This document shows positions 25,967 through 40,900 of a stretch of DNA of 64,000 nucleotides, one piece after another. Numbering within the stretch: the stretch's first letter is position 1; each line of letters begins with the position of its first letter. The position numbers and the translations under genes were made by a program. Location: contig OZ024741.1 of assembly GCA_964016885.1 (NCBI GenBank), forward strand, positions 249,488,001-249,552,000. The letters are read 5' to 3'. This DNA is from Eledone cirrhosa (Eukaryota). The notes under the pieces were generated by a model that did no database searches, was not told the origin of the DNA, and saw nothing but the letters and a program-made list of their open reading frames with translations.

Positions 25967-28900
25967 GGGGGAGATAATTTGTAAAAAAAATCAGGGGTAG
26001 ATAATTTTCAGCCGTCCAAGGGGAGATAATTTCCATCCTTCCAAGGGGAGATAATTTCCAGCCGTCCAAGGGGAGATAATTTCCCGCCAGCCAAGGAGAG
26101 ATAACATTTAAAAAAATCAGGCGGAGATAATTTGTAAAAAAAATCAGGGGGAGATAATTTGTAAAAAAATCAGGGGGAGATAATTTGTAAAAAAAATCAG
26201 GGGTAGATAATTTCCAGCCGTCCAAGGGGAGATAATTTCCATCCTTCCAAGGGGAGATAATTTCCAGCCGTCCAAGGGGAGATAATTTCCCGCCAGCCAA
26301 GGAGAGATAATATTTAAAAAAATCAGGCGGAGATAATTTGTAAAAAAAATCAGGGGGAGATAATTTGTAAAAAAATCAGGGGGAGACAATTTGTAAAAAA
26401 AAATCAGGGGGAGATAATTTGTAAAAAAAATCAGGGGGAGATAATTTGTAAAAAAAATCAGGGGTAGATAATTTGTAAAAAAAAATCAGGGGGAGATAAT
26501 TTGTAAAAAAAAAATCAGGGGGAGATAATTTGTAAAAAAATCAAGGGGAGATAATTTCCAGCCGTCCAAGGGGAGATAATTTTCAGCCGTCCAAGGAGAG
26601 GTAATTTCTAGCCGTCCAAGGGGAGATAATTTCCAGCCGTCCAAGGGGAGATAATTTTTTTAAAAAAATCAGGCGGAGATAATTTGTAAACAAAAATCAG
26701 GGGGAGATAATTTGTAAAAAAAAATCAGGGGGAGATAATTTGTTAAAAAAAATCAGGGGGAGATAATTTGTAAAAAAAATCAAGGGGAGATAATTTCCAG
26801 CCGTCCAAGGGGAGGTAATATCTAGCCATCCAAGGGGAGATAATTTCCAGCCGTCCAAGGGGAGATAATTTCCAGCCGTCCAAGGGGAGATAATATCCAG
26901 CCGTCCAAGGAGACATATTTTCCAGCCGTCCAAGGAGAGGTAATTTCTAGCCGTCCAAGGGGAGATAAGTTCCTGCCTCCAAGGGGAGATAATTTCCAGC
27001 CAGCCAAGGGGAGATAATTTGTAAAAAAATCAGGGGGAGATAATTTGTAAAAAAAAAATCAGGGGGAGATAATTTGTAAAAAAATCAGGGGGAGATAATT
27101 TGTAAAAAAAAAATCAGGGGGAGATAATTTGTAAAAAAAATCAGGGGGAGATAATTTGTAGAAAAAATCAGGGGTAGATAATTTGTAAAAAACATCAGGG
27201 GGAGATAATTTGTAAAAAAAATCAGGGGGAGATAATTTGTAAAAAAAATCAGGGGTAGATAATTTTCAGCCGTCCAAGGGGAGATAATTTCCATCCTTCC
27301 AAGGGGAGATAATTTCCAGCCGTCCAAGGGGAGATAATTTCCCGCCAGCCAAGGAGAGATAACATTTAAAAAAATCAGGCGGAGATAATTTGTAAAAAAA
27401 ATCAGGGGGAGATAATTTGTAAAAAAATCAGGGGGAGATAATTTGTAAAAAAAATCAGGGGTAGATAATTTCCAGCCGTCCAAGGGGAGATAATTTCCAT
27501 CCTTCCAAGGGGAGATAATTTCCAGCCGTCCAAGGGGAGATAATTTCCCGCCAGCCAAGGAGAGATAATATTTAAAAAAATCAGGCGGAGATAATTTGTA
27601 AAAAAAATCAGGGGGAGATAATTTGTAAAAAAATCAGGGGGAGATAATTTGTAAAAAAAAATCAGGGGGAGATAATTTGTAAAAAAAATCAGGGGGAGAT
27701 AATTTGTAAAAAAAATCAGGGGTAGATAATTTGTAAAAAAAAATCAGGGGGAGATAATTTGTAAAAAAAAAATCAGGGGGAGATAATTTGTAAAAAAATC
27801 AAGGTGAGATAATTTCCAGCCGTCCAAGGGGAGATAATTTTCAGCCTTCCAAGGAGAGGTAATTTCTAGCCGTCCAAGGGGAGATAATTTCCAGCCGTCC
27901 AAGGGGAGATAATTTTTTTAAAAAAATCAGGCGGAGATAATTTGTAAACAAAAATCAGGGGGAGATAATTTGTAAAAAAAAATCAGGGGGAGATAATTTG
28001 TAAAAAAAAATCAGGGGGAGATAATTTGTAAAAAAAATCAAGGGGAGATAATTTCCAGCCGTCCAAGGGGAGGTAATATCTAGCCATCCAAGGGGAGATA
28101 ATTTCCAGCCGTCCAAGGGGAGATAATTTCCAGCCGTCCAAGGGGAGATAATATCCAGCCGTCCAAGGAGACATATTTTCCAGCCGTCCAAGGATAGGTA
28201 ATTTCTAGCCGTCCAAGGGGAGATAAGTTCCAGCCTCCAAGGGGAGATAATTTCCAGCCAGCCAAGGGGAGATAATTTGTAAAAAAATCAGGGGGAGATA
28301 ATTTGTAAAAAAAAAATCAGGGGGAGATAATTTGTAAAAAAATCAGGGGGAGATAATTTGTAAAAAAAAAATCAGGGGGAGATAATTTGTAAAAAAAATC
28401 AGGGGGAGATAATTTGTAAAAAAAATCAGGGGTAGATAATTTGTAAAAAAAATCAGGGGGAGATAATTTGTAACAAAAATCAGGAGGAGATAATTTGTAA
28501 AAAAAATCAGGGGTAGATAATTTTCAGCCGTCCAAGGGGAGATAATTTCCAGCCGTCCAAGGGGAGATAATTTCCCGCCAGCCAAGGAGAGATAACATTT
28601 AAAAAAATCAGGCGGAGATAATTTGTAAAAAAATCAGGGGTAGATAATTTGTAAAAAAAAATCAGGGGGAGATAATTTGTAAAAAAAATCAGGGGGAGAT
28701 AATTTGTAAAAAAAAAATCAGGGGGTGATAATTTGTAAAAAAATCAAGGGGAGATAATTTCCAGCCGTCCAAGGGGAGATAATTTTCAGCCGTCCAAGGA
28801 GAGGTAATTTCTAGCCGTCCAACGGGAGATAATTTCCAGCCAGCCAAGGGGAGATAATTTGTAAAAAAATCAGGGGTAGATAATTTGTAAAAAAAAATCA

Positions 28901-31900
28901 GGGGGAGATAATTTGTAAAAAAAATCAGGGGGAGATAATTTGTAAAAAAAATCAGGGGTAGATAATTTCCAGCCGTCCAAGGGGAGATAATTTCCATCCT
29001 TCCAAGGGGAGATAATTTCCAGCCGTCCAAGGGGAGATAATTTCCCGCCAGCCAAGGAGAGATAACATTTAAAAAAATCAGGCGGAGATAATTTGTAAAA
29101 AAAATCAGGGGGAGATAATTTGTAAAAAAATCAGGGGGAGATAATTTGTAAAAAAAATCAGGGGGAGATAATTTGTAAAAAAAATCAGGGGTAGATAATT
29201 TGTAAAAAAAATCAGGGGGAGATAATTTGTAAAAAAAATCAGGGGGAGATAATTTGTAAAAAAAATCAGGGGTAGATAATTTCCCGCCAGGGGAGATAAT
29301 TTCCCGCCAGCCAATGAGAGATAATATTTAAAAAAATCAGGCGGAGATAATTTGTAAAAAAAATCAGGGGGAGATAATTTGTAAAAAAATCAAGGGGAGA
29401 TAATTTCCAGCCGTCCAAGGGGAGATAATTTTCAGCCGTCCAAGGAGAGGTAATTTCTAGCCGTCCAAGGGGAGATAATTTCCAGCCGTCCAAGGGGAGA
29501 TAATTTTTTTAAAAAAATCAGGCGGAGATAATTTGTAAACAAAAATCAGGGGGAGATAATTTGTAAAAAAAAATCAGGGGGAGATAATTAGTAAAAAAAA
29601 ATCAGGGGGAGATAATTTGTAAAAAAAATCAAGGGGAGATAATTTTCAGCCGTCCAAGGGGAGGTAATATCTAGCCATCCAAGGGGAGATAATTTCCAGC
29701 CGTCCAAGGGGAGATAATTTCCAGCCGTCCAAGGGGAGATAATATCCAGCCGTCCAAGGAGACATATTTTCCAGCCGTCCAAGGAGACGTAATTTCTAGC
29801 CGTCCAAGGGGAGATAAGTTCCAGCCTCCAAGGGGAGATAATTTCCAGCCAGCCAAGGGGAGATAATTTGTAAAAAAATTAGGGGGAGATAATTTGTAAA
29901 AAAAAATTAGGGGGAGATAATTTGTAAAAAAAAATCAGGGGGAGATAATTTGTAAAAAAAAATCAGGGGGAGATAATTTGTAAAAAAAATCAAGGGGAGA
30001 TAATTTCCAGCCGTCCAAGGGGAGATAATTTTCAGCCGTCCAAGGAGAGGTAAATTCTAGCCGTCCAAGGAGATATAATTTCCAGCCGTCCAAGGGGAGA
30101 TAATTTCCAGCCGTCCAAGGGGAGATAATTTTTTAAAAAAAATCAGGCGGAGATAATTTGTAAACAAAAATCAGGGGGAGATAATTTTTTAAAAAAAATC
30201 AGGGGGAGATAATTTGTAAAAAAAAATCAGGGGGAGATAATTTGTAAAAAAAATCAAGGGGAGATAATTTCCAGCCGTCCAAGGGGAGGTAATATCTAGC
30301 CATCCAAGGGGAGATAATTTCCAGCCGTCCAAGGGGAGATAATATCCAGCCGTCCAAGGAGACATATTTTCCAGCCGTCCAAGGAGAGGTAATTTCTAGC
30401 CGTCCAAGGGGAGATAAGTTCCAGCCTCCAAGGGGAGATAATTTCCAGCCAGCCAAGGGGAGATAATTTGTAAAAAAATCAGGGGGGAGATAATTTGTAA
30501 AAAAAATCAGGGGGAGATAATTTGAAAAAAAAATCAGGGGGAGATAATTTGTAAAAAATATCAAGGGGAGATAATTTCCAGCCCTCCAAGGGGCTATAAT
30601 TTCCAGCCGTGCAAGGGGAGATAATTTCCAGCCGTCCAAGGGGAGATAATTTCCATCCTTCCAAGGGGAGATAATTTCCAGCCGTCCAAGGGGAGATAAT
30701 TTCCCGCCAGCCAAGGGAAGATAATTTTTTTAAAAATCAGGCGGAGATTGTAAAAAAAATCAGGGGGAGATAATTTGTAAAAAAATCAGGGGGAGATAAT
30801 TTGTAAAAAAAAAATCAGGGGGAGATAATTTGTAAAAAAAAATCAGGGGGAGATAATTTGTAAAAAAAATCAGGGGGAGATAATTTGTAAAAAAAATCAG
30901 GGGTAGATAATTTGTAAAAAAAATCAGGGGGAGATAATTTGTAAAAAAAATCAGGGGGAGATAATTTGTAAAAAAAATCAGGGGTAGATAATTTTCAGCC
31001 GTCCAAGGGGAGATAATTTCCATCCTTCCAAGGGGAGATAATTTCCAGCCGTCCAAGGGGAGATAATTTCCCGCCAGCCAAGGAGAGATAACATTTAAAA
31101 AAATCAGGCGGAGATAATTTGTAAAAAAATCAGGGGGAGATAATTTGTAAAAAAAATCAGGGGTAGATAATTTCCAGCCGTCCAAGGGGAGATAATTTCC
31201 ATCCTTCCAAGGGGAGATAATTTCCAGCCGTCCAAGGGGAGATAATTTCCCGCCAGCCAAGGAGAGATAATATTTAAAAAAATCAGGCGGAGATAATTTG
31301 TAAAAAAAATCAGGGGGAGATAATTTGTAAAAAAAAATCAGGGGGAGATAATTTGTAAAAAAAAATCAGGGGGAGATAATTTGTAAAAAAAATCAAGGGG
31401 AGATAATTTGTAAAAAAAAATCAGGGGTAGATAATTTGTAAAAAAAAATCAGGGGGAGATAATTTGTAAAAAAAAAATCAAGGGGAGATAATTTCCAGCC
31501 GTCCAAGGGGAGATAATTTTCAGCCGTCCAAGGAGAGGTAATTTCTAGCCGTCCAAGGGGAGATAATTTCCAGCCAGCCAAGGGGAGATAATTTGTAAAA
31601 AAATCAGGGGTAGATAATTTGTAAAAAAAAATCAGGGGGAGATAATTTGTAAAAAAAATCAGGGGGAGATAATTTGTAAAAAAAATCAGGGGTAGATAAT
31701 TTCCAGCCGTCCAAGGGGAGATAATTTCCATCCTTCCAAGGGGAGATAATTTCCAGCCGTCCAAGGGGAGATAATTTCCCGCCAGCCAAGGAGAGATAAC
31801 ATTTAAAAAAATCAGGCGGAGATAATTTGTAAAAAAAATCAGGGGGAGATAATTTGTAAAAAAATCAGGGGGAGATAATTTGTAAAAAAAATCAGGGGTA

Positions 31901-34900
31901 GATAATTTCCAGCCGTCCAAGGGGAGATAATTTCCATCCTTCCAAGGGGAGATAATTTCCAGCCGTCCAAGGGGAGATAATTTCCCGCCAGCCAAGGAGA
32001 GATAATATTTAAAAAAATCAGGCGGAGATAATTTGTAAAAAAAATCAGGGGGAGATAATTTGTAAAAAAATCAGGGGGAGATAATTTGTAAAAAAAAATC
32101 AGGGGAGATAATTTGTAAAAAAAATCAGGGGGAGATAATTTGTAAAAAAAAATCAGGGGTAGATAATTTGTAAAAAAAAATCAGGGGGAGATAATTTGTA
32201 AAAAAAAAATCAGGGGGAGATAATTTGTAAAAAATCAAGGGGAGATAATTTCCAGCCGTCCAAAGGGAGATAATTTTCAGCCGTCCAAGGAGGTAATTTC
32301 TAGCCGTCCAAGGGGAGATAATTTCCAGCCGTCCAAGGGGAGATAATTTTTTTAAAAAAATCAGGCGGAGATAATTTGTAAACAAAAATCAGGGGGAGAT
32401 AATTTGTAAAAAAAAATCAGGGGGAGATAATTTGTAAAAAAAAATCAGGGGGAGATAATTTGTAAAAAAAATCAAGGGGAGATAATTTCCAGCCGTCCAA
32501 GGGGAGGTAATATCTAGCCATCCAAGGGGAGATAATTTCCAGCCGTCCAAGGGGAGATAATTTCCAGCCGTCCAAGGGGAGATAATATCCAGCCGTCCAA
32601 GGAGACATATTTTCCAGCCGTCCAAGGAGACGTAATTTCTAGCCGTCCAAGGGGAGATAAGTTCCAGCCTCCAAGGGGAGATAATTTCCAGCCAGCCAAG
32701 GGGAGATAATTTGTAAAAAAATTAGGGGGAGATAATTTGTAAAAAAAAATTAGGGGGAGATAATTTGTAAAAAAAAATCAGGGGGAGATAATTTGTAAAA
32801 AAAAATCAGGGGGAGATAATTTGTAAAAAAAATCAAGGGGAGATAATTTCCAGCCGTCCAAGGGGAGATAATTTTCAGCCGTCCAAGGAGAGGTAAATTC
32901 TAGCCGTCCAAGGAGATATAATTTCCAGCCGTCCAAGGGGAGATAATTTCCAGCCGTCCAAGGGGAGATAATTTTTTAAAAAAAATCAGGCGGAGATAAT
33001 TTGTAAACAAAAATCAGGGGGAGATAATTTTTTAAAAAAAATCAGGGGGAGATAATTTGTAAAAAAAATCAAGGGGAGATAATTTCCAGCCGTCCAAGGG
33101 GAGGTAATATCTAGCCATCCAAGGGGAGATAATTTCCAGCCGTCCAAGGGGAGATAATATCCAGCCGTCCAAGGAGACATATTTTCCAGCCGTCCAAGGA
33201 GAGGTAATTTCTAGCCGTCCAAGGGGAGATAAGTTCCAGCCTCCAAGGGGAGATAATTTCCAGCCAGCCAAGGGGAGATAATTTGTAAAAAAATCAGGGG
33301 GGAGATAATTTGTAAAAAAAATCAGGGGGAGATAATTTGTAAAAAAAATCAAGGGGAGATAATTTCCAGCCCTCCAAGGGGCTATAATTTCCAGCCGTGC
33401 AAGGGGAGATAATTTCCAGCCGTCCAAGGGGAGATAATTTCCATCCTTCCAAGGGGAGATAATTTCCAGCCGTCCAAGGGGAGATAATTTCCCGCCAGCC
33501 AAGGGAAGATAATTTTTTTAAAAATCAGTCGGAGATTGTAAAAAAAATCAGGGGGAGATAATTTGTAAAAAAATCAGGGGGAGATAATTTGTAAGAAAAA
33601 AATCAGGGGGAGATAATTTGTAAAAAAAAATCAGGGGGAGATAATTTGTAAAAAAAATCAGGGGGAGATAATTTGTAAAAAAAATCAGGGGTAGATAATT
33701 TGTAAAAAAAATCAGGGGGAGATAATTTGTAAAAAAAATCAGGGGGAGATAATTTGTAAAAAAAATCAGGGGTAGATAATTTTCAGCCGTCCAAGGGGAG
33801 ATAATTTCCATCCTTCCAAGGGGAGATAATTTCCAGCCGTCCAAGGGGAGATAATTTCCCGCCAGCCAAGGAGAGATAACATTTAAAAAAATCAGGCGGA
33901 GATAATTTGTAAAAAAATCAGGGGGAGATAATTTGTAAAAAAATCAGGGGTAGATAATTTCCAGCCGTCCAAGGGGAGATAATTTCCATCCTTCCAAGGG
34001 GAGATAATTTCCAGCCGTCCAAGGGGAGATAATTTCCCGCCAGCCAAGGAGAGATAATATTTAAAAAAATCAGGCGGAGATAATTTGTAAAAAAAATCAG
34101 GGGGAGATAATTTGTAAAAAAAAATCAGGGGGAGATAATTTGTAAAAAAAAATCAGGGGGAGATAATTTGTAAAAAAAATCAAGGGGAGATAATTTGTAA
34201 AAAAAAATCAGGGGTAGATAATTTGTAAAAAAAAATCAGGGGGAGATAATTTGTAAAAAAAAAATCAAGGGGAGATAATTTCCAGCCGTCCAAGGGGAGA
34301 TAATTTTCAGCCGTCCAAGGAGAGGTAATTTCTAGCCGTCCAAGGGGAGATAATTTCCAGCCAGCCAAGGGGAGATAATTTGTAAAAAAATCAGGGGTAG
34401 ATAATTTGTAAAAAAAAATCAGGGGGAGATAATTTGTAAAAAAAATCAGGGGGAGATAATTTGTAAAAAAAATCAGGGGTAGATAATTTCCAGCCGTCCA
34501 AGGGGAGATAATTTCCATCCTTCCAAGGGGAGATAATTTCCAGCCGTCCAAGGGGAGATAATTTCCCGCCAGCCAAGGAGAGATAACATTTAAAAAAATC
34601 AGGCGGAGATAATTTGTAAAAAAAATCAGGGGGAGATAATTTGTAAAAAAATCAGGGGGAGATAATTTGTAAAAAAAATCAGGGGTAGATAATTTCCAGC
34701 CGTCCAAGGGGAGATAATTTCCATCCTTCCAAGGGGAGATAATTTCCAGCCGTCCAAGGGGAGATAATTTCCCGCCAGCCAAGGAGAGATAATATTTAAA
34801 AAAATCAGGCGGAGATAATTTGTAAAAAAAATCAGGGGGAGATAATTTGTAAAAAAATCAGGGGGAGATAATTTGTAAAAAAAAATCAGGGGAGATAATT

Positions 34901-37900
34901 TGTAAAAAAAATCAGGGGGAGATAATTTGTAAAAAAAAATCAGGGGTAGATAATTTGTAAAAAAAAATCAGGGGGAGATAATTTGTAAAAAAAAAATCAG
35001 GGGGAGATAATTTGTAAAAAAATCAAGGGGAGATAATTTCCAGCCGTCCAAAGGGAGATAATTTTCAGCCGTCCAAGGAGGTAATTTCTAGCCGTCCAAG
35101 GGGAGATAATTTCCAGCCGTCCAAGGGGAGATAATTTTTTTAAAAAAATCAGGCGGAGATAATTTGTAAACAAAAATCAGGGGGAGATAATTTGTAAAAA
35201 AAAATCAGGGGGAGATAATTTGTAAAAAAAATCAGGGGGAGATAATTTGTAAAAAAAATCAAGGGGAGATAATTTCCAGCCGTCCAAGGGGAGGTAATAT
35301 CTAGCCATCCAAGGGGAGATAATTTCCAGCCGTCCAAGGGGAGATAATTTCCAGCCGTCCAAGGGGAGATAATATCCAGCCGTCCAAGGAGACATATTTT
35401 CCAGCCGTCCAAGGAGAGGTAATTTCTAGCCGTCCAAGGGGAGATAAGTTCCAGCCTCCAAGGGGAGATAATTTCCAGCCAGCCAAGGGGAGATAATTTG
35501 TAAAAAAATCAGGGGGAGATAATTTGTAAAAAAAAAATCAGGGGGAGATAATTTGTAAAAAAATCAGGGGGAGATAATTTGTAAAAAAAAAATCAGGGGG
35601 AGATAATTTGTAAAAAAAATCAGGGGGAGATAATTTGTAAAAAAAATCAGGGGTAGATAATTTGTAAAAAAAATCAGGGGGAGATAATTTGTAAAAAAAA
35701 TCAGGGGGAGATAATTTGTAAAAAAAATCAGGGGTAGATAATTTTCAGCCCTCCAAGGGGAGATAATTTCCATCCTTCCAAGGGGAGATAATTTCCAGCC
35801 GTCCAAGGGGAGATAATTTCCCGCCAGCCAAGGAGAGATAACATTTAAAAAAATCAGGCGGAGATAATTTGTAAAAAAAATCAGGGGGAGATAATTTGTA
35901 AAAAAATCAGGGGGAGATAATTTGTAAAAAAAATCAGGGGTAGATAATTTCCAGCCGTCCAAGGGGAGATAATTTCCATCCTTCCAAGGGGAGATAATTT
36001 CCAGCCGTCCAAGGGGAGATAATTTCCCGCCAGCCAAGGAGAGATAATATTTAAAAAAATCAGGCGGAGATAATTTGTAAAAAAAAATCAGGGGGAGATA
36101 ATTTGTAAAAAAATCAGGGGGAGATAATTTGTAAAAAAAAATCAGGGGGAGATAATTTGTAAAAAAAATCAGGGGGAGATAATTTGTAAAAAAAAATCAG
36201 GGGTAGATAATTTGTAAAAAAAAATCAGGGGGAGATAATTTGTAAAAAAAAATCAGGGGGAGATAATTTGTAAAAAAATCAAGGGGAGATAATTTCCAGC
36301 CGTCCAAGGGGAGATAATTTTCAGCCGTCCAAGGAGAGGTAATTTCTAGCCGTCCAAGGGGAGATAATTTCCAGCCGTCCATTGGGAGATAATTTTTTTT
36401 AAAAAATCAGGCGGAGATAATTTGTAAACAAAAATCAGGGGGAGATAATTTGTAAAAAAAAATCAGGGGGAGATAATTTGTAAAAAAAAATCAGGGGGAG
36501 ATAATTTGTAAAAAAAATCAAGGGGAGATAATTTCCAGCCGTCCAAGGGGAGGTAATATCTAGCCATCCAAGGGGAGATAATTTCCAGCCGTCCAAGGGG
36601 AGATAATTTCCAGCCGTCCAAGGGGAGATAATATCCAGCCGTCCAAGGAGACATATTTTCCAGCCGTCCAAGGAGAGGTAATTTCTAGCCGTCCAAGGGG
36701 AGATAAGTTCCAGCCTCCAAGGGGAGATAATTTCCAGCCAGCCAAGGGGAGATAATTTGTAAAAAAATCAGGGGGAGATAATTTGTAAAAAAAAATCAGG
36801 GGGAGATAATTTGTAAAAAAATCAGGGGGAGATAATTTGTAAAAAAAAATCAGGGGGAGATAATTTGTAAAAAAAATCAGGGGGAGATAATTTGTAAAAA
36901 AAATCAGGGGTAGATAATTTGTAAAAAAAATCAGGGGGAGATAATTTGTAAAAAAAATCAGGGGGAGATAATTTGTAAAAAAAATCAGGGGTAGATAATT
37001 TTCAGCCGTCCAAGGGGAGATAATTTCCATCCTTCCAAGGGGAGATAATTTCCAGCCGTCCAAGGGGAGATAATTTCCCGCCAGCCAAGGAGAGATAACA
37101 TTTAAAAAAATCAGGCGGAGATAATTTGTAAAAAAAATCAGGGGGAGATAATTTGTAAAAAAATCAGGGGGAGATAATTTGTAAAAAAAATCAGGGGTAG
37201 ATAATTTCCAGCCGTCCAAGGGGAGATAATTTCCATCCTTCCAAGGGGAGATAATTTCCAGCCGTCCAAGGGGATATAATTTCCCGCCAGCCAAGGAGAG
37301 ATAACATTTAAAAAAATCAGGCGGAGATAATTTGTAAAAAAATCAGGGGGAGATAATTTGTAAAAAAAATCAGGGGTAGATAATTTCCAGCCGTCCAAGG
37401 GGAGATAATTTCCATCCTTCCAAGGGGAGATAATTTCCAGCCGTCCAAGGGGAGATAATTTCCCGCCAGCCAAGGAGAGATAATATTTAAAAAAATCAGG
37501 CGGAGATAATTTGTAAAAAAAATCAGGGGGAGATAATTTGTAAAAAAAAATCAGGGGGAGATAATTTGTAAAAAAAAATCAGGGGGAGATAATTTGTAAA
37601 AAAAATCAAGGGGAGATAATTTGTAAAAAAAAATCAGGGGTAGATAATTTGTAAAAAAAAATCAGGGGGAGATAATTTGTAAAAAAAAAATCAGGGGGAG
37701 ATAATTTGTAAAAAAATCAAGGGGAGATAATTTCCAGCCATCCAAGGGGAGATAATTTTCAGCCGTCCAAGGAGAGGTAATTTCTAGCCGTCCAAGGGGA
37801 GATAATTTCCAGCCAGCCAAGGGGAGATAATTTGTAAAAAAATCAGGGGTAGATAATTTGTAAAAAAAAATCAGGGGGAGATAATTTGTAAAAAAAATCA

Positions 37901-40900
37901 GGGGGAGATAATTTGTAAAAAAAATCAGGGGTAGATAATTTCCAGCCGTCCAAGGGGAGATAATTTCCATCCTTCCAAGGGGAGATAATTTCCAGCCGTC
38001 CAAGGGGAGATAATTTCCCGCCAGCCAAGGAGAGATAACATTTAAAAAAATCAGGCGGAGATAATTTGTAAAAAAAATCAGAGGGAGATAATTTGTAAAA
38101 AAATCAGGGGGAGATAATTTGTAAAAAAAATCAGGGGTAGATAATTTCCAGCCGTCCAAGGGGAGATAATTTCCATCCTTCCAAGGGGAGATAATTTCCA
38201 GCCGTCCAAGGGGAGATAATTTCCCGCCAGCCAAGGAGAGATAATATTTAAAAAAATCAGGCGGAGATAATTTGTAAAAAAAATCAGGGGGAGATAATTT
38301 GTAAAAAAATCAGGGGGAGATAATTTGTAAAAAAAAATCAGGGGAGATAATTTGTAAAAAAAATCAGGGGGAGATAATTTGTAAAAAAAAATCAGGGGTA
38401 GATAATTTGTAAAAAAAAATCAGGGGGAGATAATTTGTAAAAAAAAAATCAGGGGGAGATAATTTGTAAAAAAATCAAGGGGAGATAATTTCCAGCCGTC
38501 CAAAGGGAGATAATTTTCAGCCGTCCAAGGAGGTAATTTCTAGCCGTCCAAGGGGAGATAATTTCCAGCCGTCCAAGGGGAGATAATTTTTTTAAAAAAA
38601 TCAGGCGGACATAATTTGTAAACAAAAATCAGGGGGAGATAATTTGTAAAAAAAAATCAGGGGGAGATAATTTGTAAAAAAAAATCAGCGGGAGATAATT
38701 TGTAAAAAAAATCAAGGGGAGATAATTTCCAGCCGTCCAAGGGGAGGTAATATCTAGCCATCCAAGGGGAGATAATTTCCAGCCGTCCAAGGGGAGATAA
38801 TTTCCAGCCGTCCAAGGGGAGATAATATCCAGCCGTCCAAGGAGACATATTTTCCAGCCGTCCAAGGAGAGGTAATTTCTAGCCGTCCAAGGGGAGATAA
38901 GTTCCAGCCTCCAAGGGGAGATAATTTCCAGCCAGCCAAGGGGAGATAATTTGTAAAAAAATCAGGGGGAGATAATTTGTAAAATAAAAATCAGGGGGAG
39001 ATAATTTGTAAAAAAATCAGGGGGAGATAATTTGTAAAAAAAAAATCAGGGGGAGATAATTTGTAAAAAAAATCAGGGGGAGATAATTTGTAAAAAAAAT
39101 CAGGGGTAGATAATTTGTAAAAAAAATCAGGGGGAGATAATTTGTAAAAAAAATCAGGGGGAGATAATTTGTAAAAAAAATCAGGGGTAGATAATTTTCA
39201 GCCCTCCAAGGGGAGATAATTTCCATCCTTCCAAGGGGAGATAATTTCCAGCCGTCCAAGGGGAGATAATTTCCCGCCAGCCAAGGAGAGATAACATTTA
39301 AAAAAATCAGGCGGAGATAATTTGTAAAAAAAATCAGGGGGAGATAATTTGTAAAAAAATCAGGGGGAGATAATTTGTAAAAAAAATCAGGGGTAGATAA
39401 TTTCCAGCCGTCCAAGGGGAGATAATTTCCATCCTTCCAAGGGGAGATAATTTCCAGCCGTCCAAGGGGAGATAATTTCCCGCCAGCCAAGGAGAGATAA
39501 TATTTAAAAAAATCAGGCGGAGATAATTTGTAAAAAAAATCAGGGGGAGATAATTTGTAAAAAAATCAGGGGGAGATAATTTGTAAAAAAAAATCAGGGG
39601 GAGATAATTTGTGAAAAAAATCAGGGGGAGATAATTTGTAAAAAAAAATCAGGGGTAGATAATTTGTAAAAAAAAATCAGGGGGAGATAATTTGTAAAAA
39701 AAAATCAGGGGGAGATAATTTGTAAAAAAATCAAGGGGAGATAATTTCCAGCCGTCCAAGGGGAGATAATTTTCAGCCGTCCAAGGAGAGGTAAATTCTA
39801 GCCGTCCAAGGAGATATAATTTCCAGCCGTCCAAGGGGAGATAATTTCCAGCCGTCCAAGGGGAGATAATTTTTAAAAAAAAATCAGGCGGAGATAATTT
39901 GTAAACAAAAATCAGGGGGAGATAATTTTTTAAAAAAAATCAGGGGGAGATAATTTGTAAAAAAAAATCAGGGGGAGATAATTTGTAAAAAAAATCAAGG
40001 GGAGATAATTTCCAGCCGTCCAAGGGGAGGTAATATCTAGCCATCCAAGGGGAGATAATTTCCAGCCGTCCAAGGGGAGATAATATCCAGCCGTCCAAGG
40101 AGACATATTTTCCAGCCGTCCAAGGAGAGGTAATTTCTAGCCGTCCAAGGGGAGATAAGTTCCAGCCTCCAAGGGGAGATAATTTCCAGCCAGCCAAGGG
40201 GAGATAATTTGTAAAAAAATCAGGGGGGAGATAATTTGTAAAAAAAATCAGGGGGAGATAATTTGAAAAAAAAATCAGGGGGAGATAATTTGTAAAAAAT
40301 ATCAAGGGGAGATAATTTCCAGCCCTCCAAGGGGCTATAATTTCCAGCCGTGCAAGGGGAGATAATTTCCAGCCGTCCAAGGGGAGATAATTTCCATCCT
40401 TCCAAGGGGAGATAATTTCCAGCCGTCCAAGGGGAGATAATTTCCCGCCAGCCAAGGGAAGATAATTTTTTTAAAAATCAGGCGGAGATTGTAAAAAAAA
40501 TCAGGGGGAGATAATTTGTAAAAAAATCAGGGGGAGATAATTTGTAAAAAAAAAATCAGGGGGAGATAATTTGTAAAAAAAAATCAGGGGGAGATAATTT
40601 GTAAAAAAAATCAGGGGGAGATAATTTGTAAAAAAAATCAGGGGTAGATAATTTGTAAAAAAAATCAGGGGGAGATAATTTGTAAAAAAAATCAGGGGGA
40701 GATAATTTGTAAAAAAAATCAGGGGTAGATAATTTTCAGCCGTCCAAGGGGAGATAATTTCCATCCTTCCAAGGGGAGATAATTTCCAGCCGTCCAAGGG
40801 GAGATAATTTCCCGCCAGCCAAGGAGAGATAACATTTAAAAAAATCAGGCGGAGATAATTTGTAAAAAAATCAGGGGGAGATAATTTGTAAAAAAAATCA

